Shown piece after piece: positions 23,934 through 35,473 of a DNA stretch of 64,000 nucleotides. The stretch covers positions 187,302,001-187,366,000 of the forward strand of contig NC_088791.1 in assembly GCF_011386835.1 (NCBI RefSeq), written 5' to 3'. The translations under genes and the position numbers were made by a program. This DNA comes from Chrysemys picta bellii. Taxonomy: Eukaryota. The stretch's first letter is position 1, and each line of letters begins with the position of its first letter. The notes beneath the pieces were generated by a model. It made no database searches. It was given only the letters and a program-made list of their open reading frames with translations, and was not told the DNA's origin.

Positions 23934-26471
23934 CACTGCTGTACAGCCAAAATGCTTCTGAAATAAATGTAGTCAAACGTTATTAATTCTGGGTCACTGA
24001 GAACAAAAATGATGCTTAAAATTGTTGATTGGCTCTAGTTTTCAAGATATGCTATTGGGTCAGTATATATGACCCTTCACTTGGGAATGGCGGAGGATAA
24101 GTGAGTTATAAAGGGAAGGGATCTCAATTTAAACCAGAAATGACTAAAATACATCTTTGACTGGATCTATGAAAAAAATCTATGACTGGGTTTGGACAGT
24201 ACTTGCTTTTTAGGCAAAACAATGAATGATGCAATCTGAAGCTGGTATTGCGTCATACATGATATGAATTGCATCATGTTATTCCTAGGAGTCATGGATG
24301 ATGCAATCATAATGAAGTTTACATCACTCTGCTGAACAAATTGCCCTATATCAGCTCTAGAAATCATACAGTGTCGTGCTCTCGTTTGTCAGTGGCTGAT
24401 TTTGCAAAGGGACACATTTCTGTTTAGCCAAAGTGAGCAGAGATGCCTCGTACTTGTGTGAACAGTGCAGATAACTTCTGCTATGTTTGTGGTGTATGTT
24501 TTGCATCACAAAAGTGCACTATAACCACTATGGTTAAGAAAGCCTATCACTTTTATTTTGGTTGCAAAACTGGAGATCAGGACAAGAGGTGGGCCCCACA
24601 CATATGCTGCAACACTTGTGCAACAAATCTTCACCAGTGGTTGAACAGGAAAAGGAAATCTATGCCTTTTGCAGTGCCAATGATTTGGAGAGAGCCAACA
24701 GATCATACCAGCAATTGTTACTTCTGCATGGTGCCTCCAGTTGGGAAAGGTGTGTCAAAGAAGAAAAAGTGGACTGTGCATTATCCAAACATTCCATCAG
24801 CTATACGCCCAGTACCCCACGGAGAAGGTTTCTGATGCACCAGAATCATTCTCACTTGAGTCAGACAAGGAAGAGGAAGAGGATGAAACTTCTGATCCTG
24901 AACCATCAATGTCACAGGACCCACATTTTCTCCCATCCTCCTCCTCTGAACCACACCTCATAACACAAGGTGAACTGAATGACCTTGTCAGGGATTTGGA
25001 ACTCCCCAAGAGTAAGGCAGAGCTGTTGGGCTCCAGACTACAGCAGTGGAATCTCCTGGCAGGTGATGTTAGGGTTTTCATGTTCCGTGACCATCAAAAG
25101 GATCTTGTCCCATTCTTCTTCATGGAAGGTGATCTTGTAGCCTGCAACAACATCGATGGTGTGATGGCAGCCCTCAACATTGTTCACGATCTAGATGAGT
25201 GGAAACTGTTCATTGATTCATCGAAGACGAGTCTTAAAGCTGTTTTACTGCATAATGGCAATGTTTTGCCATCAATTCCAGTTAGTCTTGCAGTCCATAT
25301 GAAGGAAACCTATGACAACATGAAACAACTTTTGAGGTGCATAAACTATGACCAACATCAGTGGCAACTTTGTGGCGATTTGAAGGTTGTTGCTGTCTTG
25401 CTTGGTCTGCAGACTGGATACACAAAGTACTGCTGTTTTCTCTGCGAATGGGATAGTCGTGCAAGAGATTCCCACTGCATCAAGTAAGATTGGCCACTCC
25501 GACAGTTATTGGAGCCCGGGAGGAAAAGTGTTCAGCATCCACCACTTGTTGAATCAAGGAAGATTTTGTTACCACTCTTACACATCAAGCTGGGTCTGAT
25601 GAAGAACTTTGTCAAGGCCATTGACAAAACACAAGCAGCTTTCAAGTACTTCCGTGGAAAATTTCCAAGGTTAAGTGAAGCTAAGATAAAGGAAGGTGTC
25701 TTTGTTGGTCCTCAGATTCGTGAACTTCTTCGAGATGATGCATTTGACCATGCACTGCGTGGCAAGGAAAAGACGGCACGGAAAGCCTTCCAGTTAGTGG
25801 CAATACATTTTCTCGGAAACAACAAGGCAGACAACTACAGGTTGTTGGTGGAAAACCTCCTCAAGGCATACAAAAGCCTTGGTTGCAACATGTCACTAAA
25901 GATACATTTTTTGCACTCTCATCTAGATTTTTTTCCACCGAACTGCAGAGCAGTGAGCGACGAGCACGGCGAGCAATTTCACCAGGACATTGCAACAATG
26001 GAGAAATGCTATCAGGGCAAATGGAGCCCATCGGTGCTTGCAGACTATTGCTGGACAGTGACAAGAGATTCTCCATGTAATGAATACAAGAGACAAGCCA
26101 AGAAGCGCCGAGTAGACACTGAATAGGACTAAACTATGTACATAATAGTTTTTTGCCTTTTGTTTCATAATAAATTTTATTTATATAACCCTTTTGCTGA
26201 TTTTTAAAGTGTTACATAAACAGGACAGGTGAAACATTATCATGTAAAGCAACCATAAACACATGAGAAGACCTAGGTTTACAATTTATGATTAAAACTC
26301 TACTATCTACACAATATACATAGACATAAAATGTAAAAACTTAAATATCTTAGAAACAGTAGCCAATCAGTTGTTTTAATTGTCATATTTGAATTCAGCA
26401 CATCAAAATACATAATAAATAGCACATTTTATCTCTGAAGCAGATGACTTCTCAAAAATTGTAGACCAGTG
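23934..26471 (+). mobile_element. Chapaev3-type (CMC superfamily) DNA transposon, full length, copy 1
   Basis: Termini CACTGCTGTACA...TGTAGACCAGTG (10/12 inverted match), 3-bp TSD TAA (23931-23933 and 26472-26474), internal transposase and AATAAA at 26169. Confidence 0.88.
24443..26126 (+). pseudogene. Chapaev3-type transposase pseudogene (~560 aa when repaired)
   Basis: N-terminal Cys/His finger (CYVC, HICCNTC, HTSNCYFC), LFIDSS, CGDLKV, CFLC, LHIKLG, HSHLDFF..N..AVSDEHGE.FHQDI and basic tail KRQAKKRR. Frameshift near 24828 and premature TAA at 25485-25487. Confidence 0.88.
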
Positions 26472-27668
26472 TAATCAAACTCCAGAGGCTTTAGAGAATA
26501 TATTAGGCTATTATCAAAACTACTATATAAAGTAACCATTCATGAGCTTCTACAGAATGTAATAGGTTATGTGTGATGTACCTTACTAGCAGGCCACAGA
26601 TCAATAGGCATTAAAGGAATGAAAACATGCAATACTACCTCCACCAGCTGGTTGATGAGACTAGACTGGGTAGAGTGCACATTGCATAGAATTACCCCAA
26701 CAGACTCAGTGGCATTTAGCCTCCCTGTGCTCAGACATAAGGCTCTTGACACTGGCCTTTCCCCCACCATATCACTCCTGAGGAGACAGTGGTTTGGAAG
26801 AGTTATCTGAATATTTTGGATTACATTATATAGTCATACATCCCTGCTGAAGAGGCCTTGTCTGTGCAAAATGGCCATAGCCAGGGCTCTGCCAGGGTGC
26901 ACATCACATGCCAACACAACCCATGCTGCTGACAGCCTCCACCAGCGGATCCAGCATGGATCTAAACTTCTACCTTGTGACGCCACCAAGGCTGAGCACC
27001 ACAGCTGACACTGCCTGCCCTTCCCCAAGTGTGAATCTCCCTGGTGTACAGCAGCTCCCACTGGCACCAGTGTGTGTTAAACAAATCAGAAGTATTCAAC
27101 CAGGAAAATGTAGAGGACTTATCTGCTGCTCAGTTAATGGCAATGGGAGTTACACATGCATATTGGGCCTGATCCTCACTATAGAAATAAATGGGTCATT
27201 TGCTATAGAACGCAATGAGAGCATGAATTGGGAAACTGAGTTACTCACATGTTGCAAGACTAGAATGGATTTCTTGGGGCCTTAATTCAGACTAACATAT
27301 ACTTAGCTAATGGGGATCCATTCCCACAATACACTGTGCATTCTATTTGCATGTGAGACATGCTATTCAGGGACATAATCACCTGGTATACAATGACTAA
27401 TACTCCCACTCATCCTCAGGCCAAAATAGATCTTCACAGAATAGGAATTGTTACTTCCCCTCTAGAGAAGGGGCATTTAAGCAGCAAGGTAAGCACCCTC
27501 CTCAGGGGTACTGGATTGTTAACAATAATTCATAAAAATAAAACAACCACTTGCTGCTGGGAGATGAGGGTCTCTCCCTCTCTCTCTCTCCTGCTCCTAA
27601 GAGCTCTGACAATTTATGCTAATTCATTTAAAATTAGAAATTGTTTCTGTAAAGTCAAGTGCCCATGA

Positions 27669-28100
27669 GGGGAAGAGCAGTTGTATGGTTGAGGCATTGG
27701 CAGGGGACTCTAGGAGTCAGGCTCAGTTTCTGGCTCTGCCACAAACTTTCTGGGGATACATCTATACGGCAAGCAGAAATCTGCAGCACTAAGTCTCAGA
27801 CCCCATGTTTATAGACTCAGGCTTGCAGGGCTCAAGCTGTGATGCTGAAAATAGCTGTGTAGACATTTGGGCTAACGTTGGATCTTGGGCTTTACAGCCC
27901 AGGGTCGGGGGGGAGAAGGGTTTAAGAGCAAGAGCATCTACACAGCTATTTTCAGCACCTTAAGTTTGTGCCCTGAAAGCCTGAATCTGTAGACCTGGGC
28001 TCTAAGACTTTCTGCCATGAGTTTCTGCTTGCCATGTAGATGTACCCTGGGTGACCTGGGGAAAACTTGTGTCTCTGTTTCTTTAACATAAAAATAATGA
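27669..28100 (+). mobile_element. MIR/CORE-like SINE interrupted by a MITE
   Basis: ...CTGGCTCTGCCACAAACTTTCTG resumes as GGTGACCTGGGGAAAACTTGTGTCTCTGTTTC after the insert, matching the order of the MIR core. Confidence 0.5.
27753..28047. mobile_element. Palindromic MITE, GGGTACATCTACA termini
   Basis: ~26-bp imperfect TIR GGG(A)TACATCTA..GGCAAGCAGAAA / TTTCTGCTTGCCATGTAGATGTACCC plus internal inverted blocks (GCTGAAAATAGCTGTGTAGA / TCTACACAGCTATTTTCAGC). Confidence 0.75.
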
Positions 28101-28127
28101 TCTGCATGAACATATTGTCCATCTTGT

Positions 28128-28230
28128 CTATTTAGATTGTAAACTCTTTGGGGCAGAGTATCTTTCTATGTTTATTCAAGCCCCAATCTTGATTCTGGCC
28201 TACAGGCAATACTGTAGTACAAATAAATAA
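28128..28230 (+). mobile_element. L2-like 3' end fragment
   Basis: TAGATTGTAAACTCTTTGGGGCAG...ACTGTAGTACAAATAAATAA resembles L2-type 3' termini. Confidence 0.45.
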
Positions 28231-31200
28231 ATGAATGCACAAAATCCAGAGATGGACATTCACCAGTCTGAATCCTAGGCAAATTTAATGTAATGTGGCA
28301 ATTATAACATAGATAATATGGGTTCCCATAATGGCTATTGTTCTTCCATCTCCCTCGTCCTCCCACTGACCCGAGAACGGAATATTGTTTATGAATCTCA
28401 GTGTAAGTACATACTGGTGTTTGGAAAATACTAGGGACCTTCACAGAAAAAGTAGCAACAATATTTTTATGTTGTATATATGTTGGATTAAGTTATTTAT
28501 GAATTATCCTCCCTGTTTTGCAGCTGAGCAAATAGCAGTCACTGAATCTTATTTTTAAACAAGAAAGGACAGGATATCTTCACCAAAAATGAGCGTTCAT
28601 TATTCAAAGATTATTTGTACAACTCAGATACAAATTCTAACTTAACCCCAAGCAAAAATGCAAATCTTCCTCTCTTGGATTAGACCTCAAAAATTCTCCT
28701 TCTGTTGTAGTTTTTGTAATTGTGATTTAACTCTGTAAAAGTTTTTACCCACAACTTAAATATTTCCTCCAAATTCTGAATTACAATGCATATTTACTTG
28801 CCTGGACATAAGCGTTACTCAAGTAGTTTGAAAAATATTTTTTAAGAGGCAGGATTTTTTCCTCCAAATAATTTGATTTATAGTGACTTGTTTATAAAAT
28901 GTTTTTTTAACCTCTTAAAAAAAAAAACCAACCAAACAAAGAACAGGTCATGTTTTATAAACTACTTTTTACAGATTCTAACTTTTTGTTGTTACACCCA
29001 GCTGGGAGTTAACTGTGAAGAGATTTCTTGGAAGACACTGTCAATTGTTTGGAATACATTTGTGAAAAATTAATACCCTAATGGCATATTCAGTTAATTA
29101 CCTCATGCACTAGTCAGCTGAATTCTGGATGAACATTTAGAAAGAAATGAATATCCTATTGGTTATGGACACAGGAATCTTCAACAGGTCATGAAGCTAG
29201 GCAGAAGAACAGTTCACATAATCATCTAATAATGCAATTAATGCAACCTCCTTCCCCCCTCAGGAAAAAAAAAAGAAAAAGAAAAAGAAAGACAAGTGCA
29301 ACTGTTTCATGGGTGGAAATCAATGATTTATTCAGACTTACAATGTGGAAAAAAGGCTAGGCAATTTTTTCAGTCACAGAGGAGATCTTGTGCTGTGCAT
29401 TTCAATGTAATCTATACATTCAATCACATCACTGATGGCAAGTATTTAGGCCTCCACATAGCAGAAGCACAGGAGAAGATAACTAGTTCTTTATATGTGC
29501 AAATTCCTCAGTCATGGACCTGTTCCAGTTCTTTTTTGTTATCATGAAAGGATTTCAAGTAGCCATTACTCTGGTGGCAAAGGTCATTTTTGTGGATTCA
29601 GTCCTTTTCCTTTGCACAGAAACCTGCTCAGTTGGGAACATCCTGCGGAGTCATGTTTGTTTATTGATAAATGTACTTCCTTTCAAATTTGACAGCCACT
29701 GATATCTAGACCTCTTGAGGCCTTAGGAAGAAAACAATCAAAACCAACTAAACCAAATGAAAAAACACATTAAGTGGGGTTATATAATTAAATTAAGGTG
29801 AAAATGGATGGAAACTGAACAGAAGCTAGATACTGAGTAAGAAATATTTAGAGTGCATAAGTGATTTATAGGCTGAGCCTAAATCCCATTAAAAGTCAAT
29901 CAGCTTTAGGCTCCCAAGTCACTCAGGCATATTCAAAAATGTTACCCTTGGTCTCATTATACGGAGTTATTTTCATCCAAGTTGCATTGATTTTAACCAC
30001 TATAACAGACTTGTCCACCTTTCCAACATCAGTTAATCTTGGTGTACATTCATTTAAAGGTCTACAATGATTTCAGGGCAGATGTGACTTTACCAGCCAC
30101 TGCTGCACCGGATGGAGGTGTGCAGAGACACACCACATCAACATCACTTTCTGGACAAGAGAACAGAGGTAGCCAAACAGGATGCTTCTGGAGAATCATG
30201 CCCCCACTGCTCCTGCCATAGACCACCAACCTGTGTGGAAAGGGAACGTGGACTGTCTCCCCTCTTCTCATTTGGGGTGCTTGGCACTGCTGATGGCAAT
30301 ATGATTCCATCATGCTTTCAAGTCTGGCTTTGAATTTCACCCCTGTGCAGAGGACCCATTTGGAGGACTTAAGTGGTGCACAGAGTCCTTTACAAAAAGG
30401 GGGGAATTTCACCCTCTGAACATTCTGGGTGCACTCTCCCTCATCTTGCACATCTTCACAGGAGCAGCTAGAATCATCTGGCCCCCTACCATACAGACTT
30501 CCCTTTATAAGGTGGATTTGTGCAACAAAGCAGTCCAAATAATGACCCTGATCATCATCAGTGAGAAACTTCTCATGTTGTCATGTACTAAGTGACACAT
30601 TGTTGGAACTCACCTGACTGAGCACTGCTGGGCAGAGTGTTCTAAGTATGTACCTAGGGAAAACCTCTTTAACTACATTTTGTGAGCTGCTTTGCAGTCC
30701 TCAGATGGAAGATACTCTATAGAGGCATTTCTTAATCAAGTCTGGTGCAGCCCAGAAGTGGGTCATGAAGGATGACTGCTGGGTTGCAGCAAACTGCCTT
30801 CTCTCCTTCCCTCCCAAAAGTAGATCAACCAGTCAAAACCCAGCAACCAGTAGGATGCAAGGGAAGGGATAAATTCTGCTTTCTCATGGTTCAGCTCCTC
30901 TCTGCCGACACTGCACTCAACGCCAGGGGAAAGGTGCTGCTTCAATGTGCTCATAGCTCTCCACAGCTTCTCTGAAGCAAGTGCAGAACATGTGGGCAGG
31001 AAGAGCAGGCAAGGGAAAGAAAGTTTGAGAGAAAGGAGATGATAAATATCTGTCAATCTAACCCTCTCCACCCAGCAACCTAACATTCCTCACCCCCCGA
31101 CACCACTTCCACCCAGTATTAACCAATCCCTCTAGTCTCTCTGCCCAAAGCTAATAATAGTTTTTTGCCATGGTCCCAATCCCACAAGGCTTTGGGAAGC

Positions 31201-33008
31201 AGCAAACAAAGGCAGGTGAATTTGGAGATCCTGAGAAGAAAAAGTGTGAAGGCCACTGTGCTATAAAAAAAATAAAAATCTAATTAATGAGATGCTTCAC
31301 CAAAAAATAAAATCATTTAGTGATAGCTTCTATTTTATTTTATTTTATTTTCATACAAAGGTGAACAAAGCAGTTCAGCAAACACTTCTACATAGTTATA
31401 ACCAGGAACTGTTTGGGTTCATGGCTTAGCATAGGTGGACCTCATCCACTGACCCGACTCTTTCCTTTGATTCCCTGTCAGACTACCCTCAGGGAGGCTC
31501 TCTCTAAGTTTTGTAATGCTGATGTCTTTGGACCCTTTCAGGCAAAGGGCACACTCCATATTTTGATGTCAAAATAAGGAAAGTCAGTTTCTATCCCCAA
31601 AGGAAGGAAATGATGAGGTAAAAAGTCATTAAACATTAACGACTTCATCTTGGATATTTAGTCTGGCAGTGGGAAGGAAGTACATAATGTTTTGGAACAA
31701 GATTCCATAATGTATTCTCTGCCCTACTGTACTGTAGCTGGAAGATAAGGGAATCAAATATGAGAAGAGGGTAGGATTTTTTTTTTAATATTTACTATAT
31801 ATATGGAATTCATATAGAACGAAAGGTAAAAATTGTTTCAGTGAAATGTACCTTTACTTAGGGTAGTGTCCAATGCAATTATGCAGTTATCTCAAATCAG
31901 GATTCTATCACATTGCATTACCTGACCTAATGAATTATGAAATAATTCTTAATAGAGTCACTCAATTACTGATTACTAACAATAGCAGTTACTTCTGGTG
32001 AATATATTAAGGGAATGCCACAATAAACCATTTTCAGCTCAGCTAGTTTTCATGTCTCATGTGGAGCGCTCTGCTGGACATAAAATTATTGATGACCTCT
32101 GTTCATTATTCAATACACAGGATACATGGTGGTGACATGTGCACACCGCAGTTGAGGAACTTGTGCATAAAAGTGCAAACAGTGAAGAACAGGACAAGAA
32201 GCACAGAGAAATCTGAATCCTTAATGAAAGCGTTGCTGTGAAGTTACTCCAGGTCAATAGCAGTTATAAGGTAGAAGAGGGGTATGAAAAGTAAGCATCG
32301 CATTTACATGCTGTGAATCAGGCTTAAACCTATGGGTCTCAGACACACCAATCCCCACTTACATCCTGTCCCTTCATTCTTAACAATAAGGGAGTTAGAG
32401 TAAAAGGAGCTAGAGATTTCTACCTGTGTAGATGACTAGGCCTGGCATGCATAGCTTCCTCTCACACTTGTGCTGGAGGCAGGGAGATAACATTTTTTGC
32501 ATGAGTCTCCTTGCAAAACTTTGAAGTGGGACATCAAGACCTACAACAAATTCATTACCTTTTTCTTCAACACAGTTCACTCTCACCACAACAAAGTAAA
32601 TCTATCAGTTTCTCCCAAGACAACTCCCTCCCAAGAAAATAAATACAGAGATTAGATTCCCCTCTACCCCCACCCACAGCTTCCAGTGCTTTAAACCAAT
32701 GATTGCTTCTTTTCTCATTGATACATTAAGCCAAGAGGGGGGTTTGTGCAGTGATGCTGTTCCAGGCCTGGTTAATGTCTCCACTCATCTCTAGGTTCCC
32801 CATATGCAGAGCTGTGAGGCCCTGCTCTAAAGAGGAGCCAGCAGCTGATAGCAGGGAGGGGAGACCCTGAGTCAGCAATCCTCACCCATGGTATCAAGCT
32901 GAGGAAGCCCAGGAAGCAGCTATTCATGAACTACCAGAGCACCTTTGGATGGCCTCAGATATCTTAAGGCTGAAAGGGGAAAAAACAATGATGTTCCTAG
33001 TTAAAGAA

Positions 33009-33233
33009 AGAAGAACAGGAGTACCTGTGGCACCTTAGAGACTAACAAATTTATTAGAGCATAAGCTTTCGTGGACTACAGCCCACTTCTTCGGATGCAT
33101 ATAGCTATATATAAGAAGTGGGCTGTAGTCCACGAAAGCTTATGCTCTAATAAATTTGTTAGTCTCTAAGGTGCCACAAGTACTCCTGTTCTTCTTTTTG
33201 CGGATACAGACTAACACGGCTGCTACTCTGAAA
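33009..33233 (+). mobile_element. PLE family A remnant: 85-bp-arm hairpin plus 3' tail
   Basis: Arms 33007-33091 and 33113-33197 are inverted with one mismatch around a 21-nt loop. Tail CAGACTAACACGGCTGCTACTCTG. 12-bp TSD CTAGTTAAAGAA at 32997-33008 and 33234-33245. Confidence 0.8.
33059..33098 (-). ncRNA. Minimal type I hammerhead-ribozyme-like motif (PLE family A, variant core)
   Basis: Minus strand GCAU-CCGAAGA-A-GUGGGCU-GU-AGUCCAC-GAAA-GCUU-AUGC: 4-bp stem I, stem II with a G.U pair and a very short loop, core CCGAAGA instead of CUGANGA. Confidence 0.5.
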
Positions 33234-34271
33234 CTAGTTAAAGAACAATGTTTAAAATCCATAGACTGGCAAGAAGAGACCTGGTAGCTTCTTTCTTTGT
33301 CAAGTACAATTTGAAAAGCGCTACATATAGTATTTCACATACCATCAGTACTATAAAGGGGTTATGTGAACAGCATACTGAATGGCTGTTTCTTTACGCC
33401 AAGTCATCAAATACATATAAATGATTTGCCATAAACTAAACATACATTTTTGCAAAGTATTTTCTGTTCTCAATGGCACAAGAACGTAAAACAGAAAAGG
33501 GGTTAGCAAATTAATTACACAGTTCATAAGACTAAAAATTTGAAACAGCTGAATCCTATGTTAGATAATATGCTGTTTAATATTAAAAATCAACTTTCAA
33601 TAAAATTTTGTTCTTGCATCCTTTTAATTTTCCTTATGTTTATTAGGCAATCACAAACATTTTAGCTAGCAAGTTGCAAAGTAAAACTTTAAGCCATAAA
33701 AACTACTAGCTGGGTTGGAACTGTGGACCCTGAAGAGAATAGCTTCCCATCCAAAGACCTGCACCAATACACACACTGAGGCAGACTCCTCTGAAAAACA
33801 TGCCATTAATTGATTAATGATTGCAATTGTCTGTTTAAAGACTTCCTGTTTCTGCATCCAAATACAGCACTATGTTAACAGGTATCAAATCACAAATACA
33901 GAAATTATTTTAAATTAACCAAGTTTTAATACTAATGATCATATAGGCCACATAGATCTGAAAAATAATTTTTCAATCTCTGACTTCATTGGGGATTTAG
34001 AATTTGATATGCTTCAAATACCTACTACTATACAATTACTTTATATAATAAAGCAGAACATAAGCACAGGTCATAGGAAGTTTATCATGAGGCTATGTTT
34101 CTTGTCATTATGAAGACATGAGATTAAGCAGTTTAATTAATAGAGGCTTCAATAGGATTATATGGTTATAAAGCACTATAAATTCTGCAGAGGAAATGAG
34201 AATATTAAATGAATAGGACCAATGACAAATTCAATTTTTAAAGAACTGTTTATCATTCTTTTAGTTTAGAG

Positions 34272-34605
34272 CAGGGGTCGGCAACGTTCGGCATGCGGCT
34301 TGCCAGGGTAAGCACCCTGGCGGGCCGGGCCAGTTTATTTACCTGCTGACGCGGCAGGTTTGGCCAATCGCGGCCCTCACTGGCCGCGGTTCGCCATCCC
34401 GGGCCAATGGGGGCGGCGGGAAGCCGCGGCCAGCACATCGCTCGCCCGAGCCGCTTTTCACCACCCCCATTGGCCCGGAACAGCGAACCGCGGCCAATGG
34501 GGGCTGCGATCGGCCGAACCTGCTGCGTCAGCAGGTAAATAAACTGGCCCGGCCCACTAGGGTGCTTACCCTGGCGAGCCGCGTGCCGAACATTGCCGAC
34601 CCCTG
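34272..34605 (+). mobile_element. Non-autonomous hAT MITE, CpG-rich palindrome
   Basis: TIR CAGGGGTCGGCAA...TTGCCGACCCCTG and 8-bp TSD GTTTAGAG (34264-34271 and 34606-34613). Confidence 0.9.
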
Positions 34606-34615
34606 GTTTAGAGTG

Positions 34616-35388
34616 CTTATGAAAGGAGACTCAAAGAGCTTGGCTTGTTTAGCCTAACCAAAAGAAGGCTGAAGGGAGATATGATTGCTCTTTATAAATA
34701 TATCAGAGGGATAAATATCAGGGAGGGAGAGGAATTACTTAAGCTCAGTACCAATGTGGACACAAGAACAAATGGATATACACTGGTCATTAGGAAGTTT
34801 AGACTTGAAATTAGATGAAAGTTTCTAACCATTAGAGGAGTGAAATTCTGGAACAGCCTTCCAAGGGGAGTAGTGGGGGCAAAAGACATATCTGGCTTTA
34901 AGACTAAGCTTGATAAGTTTATGGAGGGGATGGTATGATAGGATAGCCTAATTTTGGCAATGAATTAATCTTTGATTATTAGCGGTGCATATGCCCAATG
35001 GTCTGTGATGGGATGTTAGATGGGGTGGGATCAGAGTTACTACAGAGAATTCTTTCCTGGGTGCTGGCTGGTGAGTCTTGCCCACATGCTCAGGGTTTAA
35101 CTGATTGCCATATTTGGGGTCGGGAAGGAATTTTCCTCCAGGGCAGATTGGCAGAGGCCCTGGAGGTTTTTCGCCTTCCTCTGCAGTGTGGGGCACGGGT
35201 CACTTGCTGGAGGATTCTCTGCATCTTGAGGTCTTTAAACCACGATTTGAGGACTTCAATAACTCAGGCATAGATTAGGGGTTTGTTACACGAGTGGGTG
35301 GGTGAGATTCTGTGGCCTGCGTTGTGCAGGAGGTCAGACTAGATGATCATAATGGTCCCTACGGACCTTAAAGTCTATGAGTCTATGA
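34616..35388 (+). mobile_element. CR1 LINE 3' part (ORF2 end and long 3' UTR)
   Basis: RRLKELGLFSLTKRRLKGDMIALYKY-like coding remnant and terminal (GTCTATGA)2 octamer tail. Confidence 0.85.
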
Positions 35389-35473
35389 GGACAATAGTGC
35401 CATAATACTATTTCTAGAAGGACAGATGGCAGTTGTGCCCATTCTAAAGCAAATGCTATGTCAGTTGACAGTA

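Noticed and set aside
24443-26126. Chapaev transposase as an intact or domesticated gene
   Set aside because: Both copies have a frameshift plus a premature stop and retain complete ends with TSDs, typical of ordinary TE copies.
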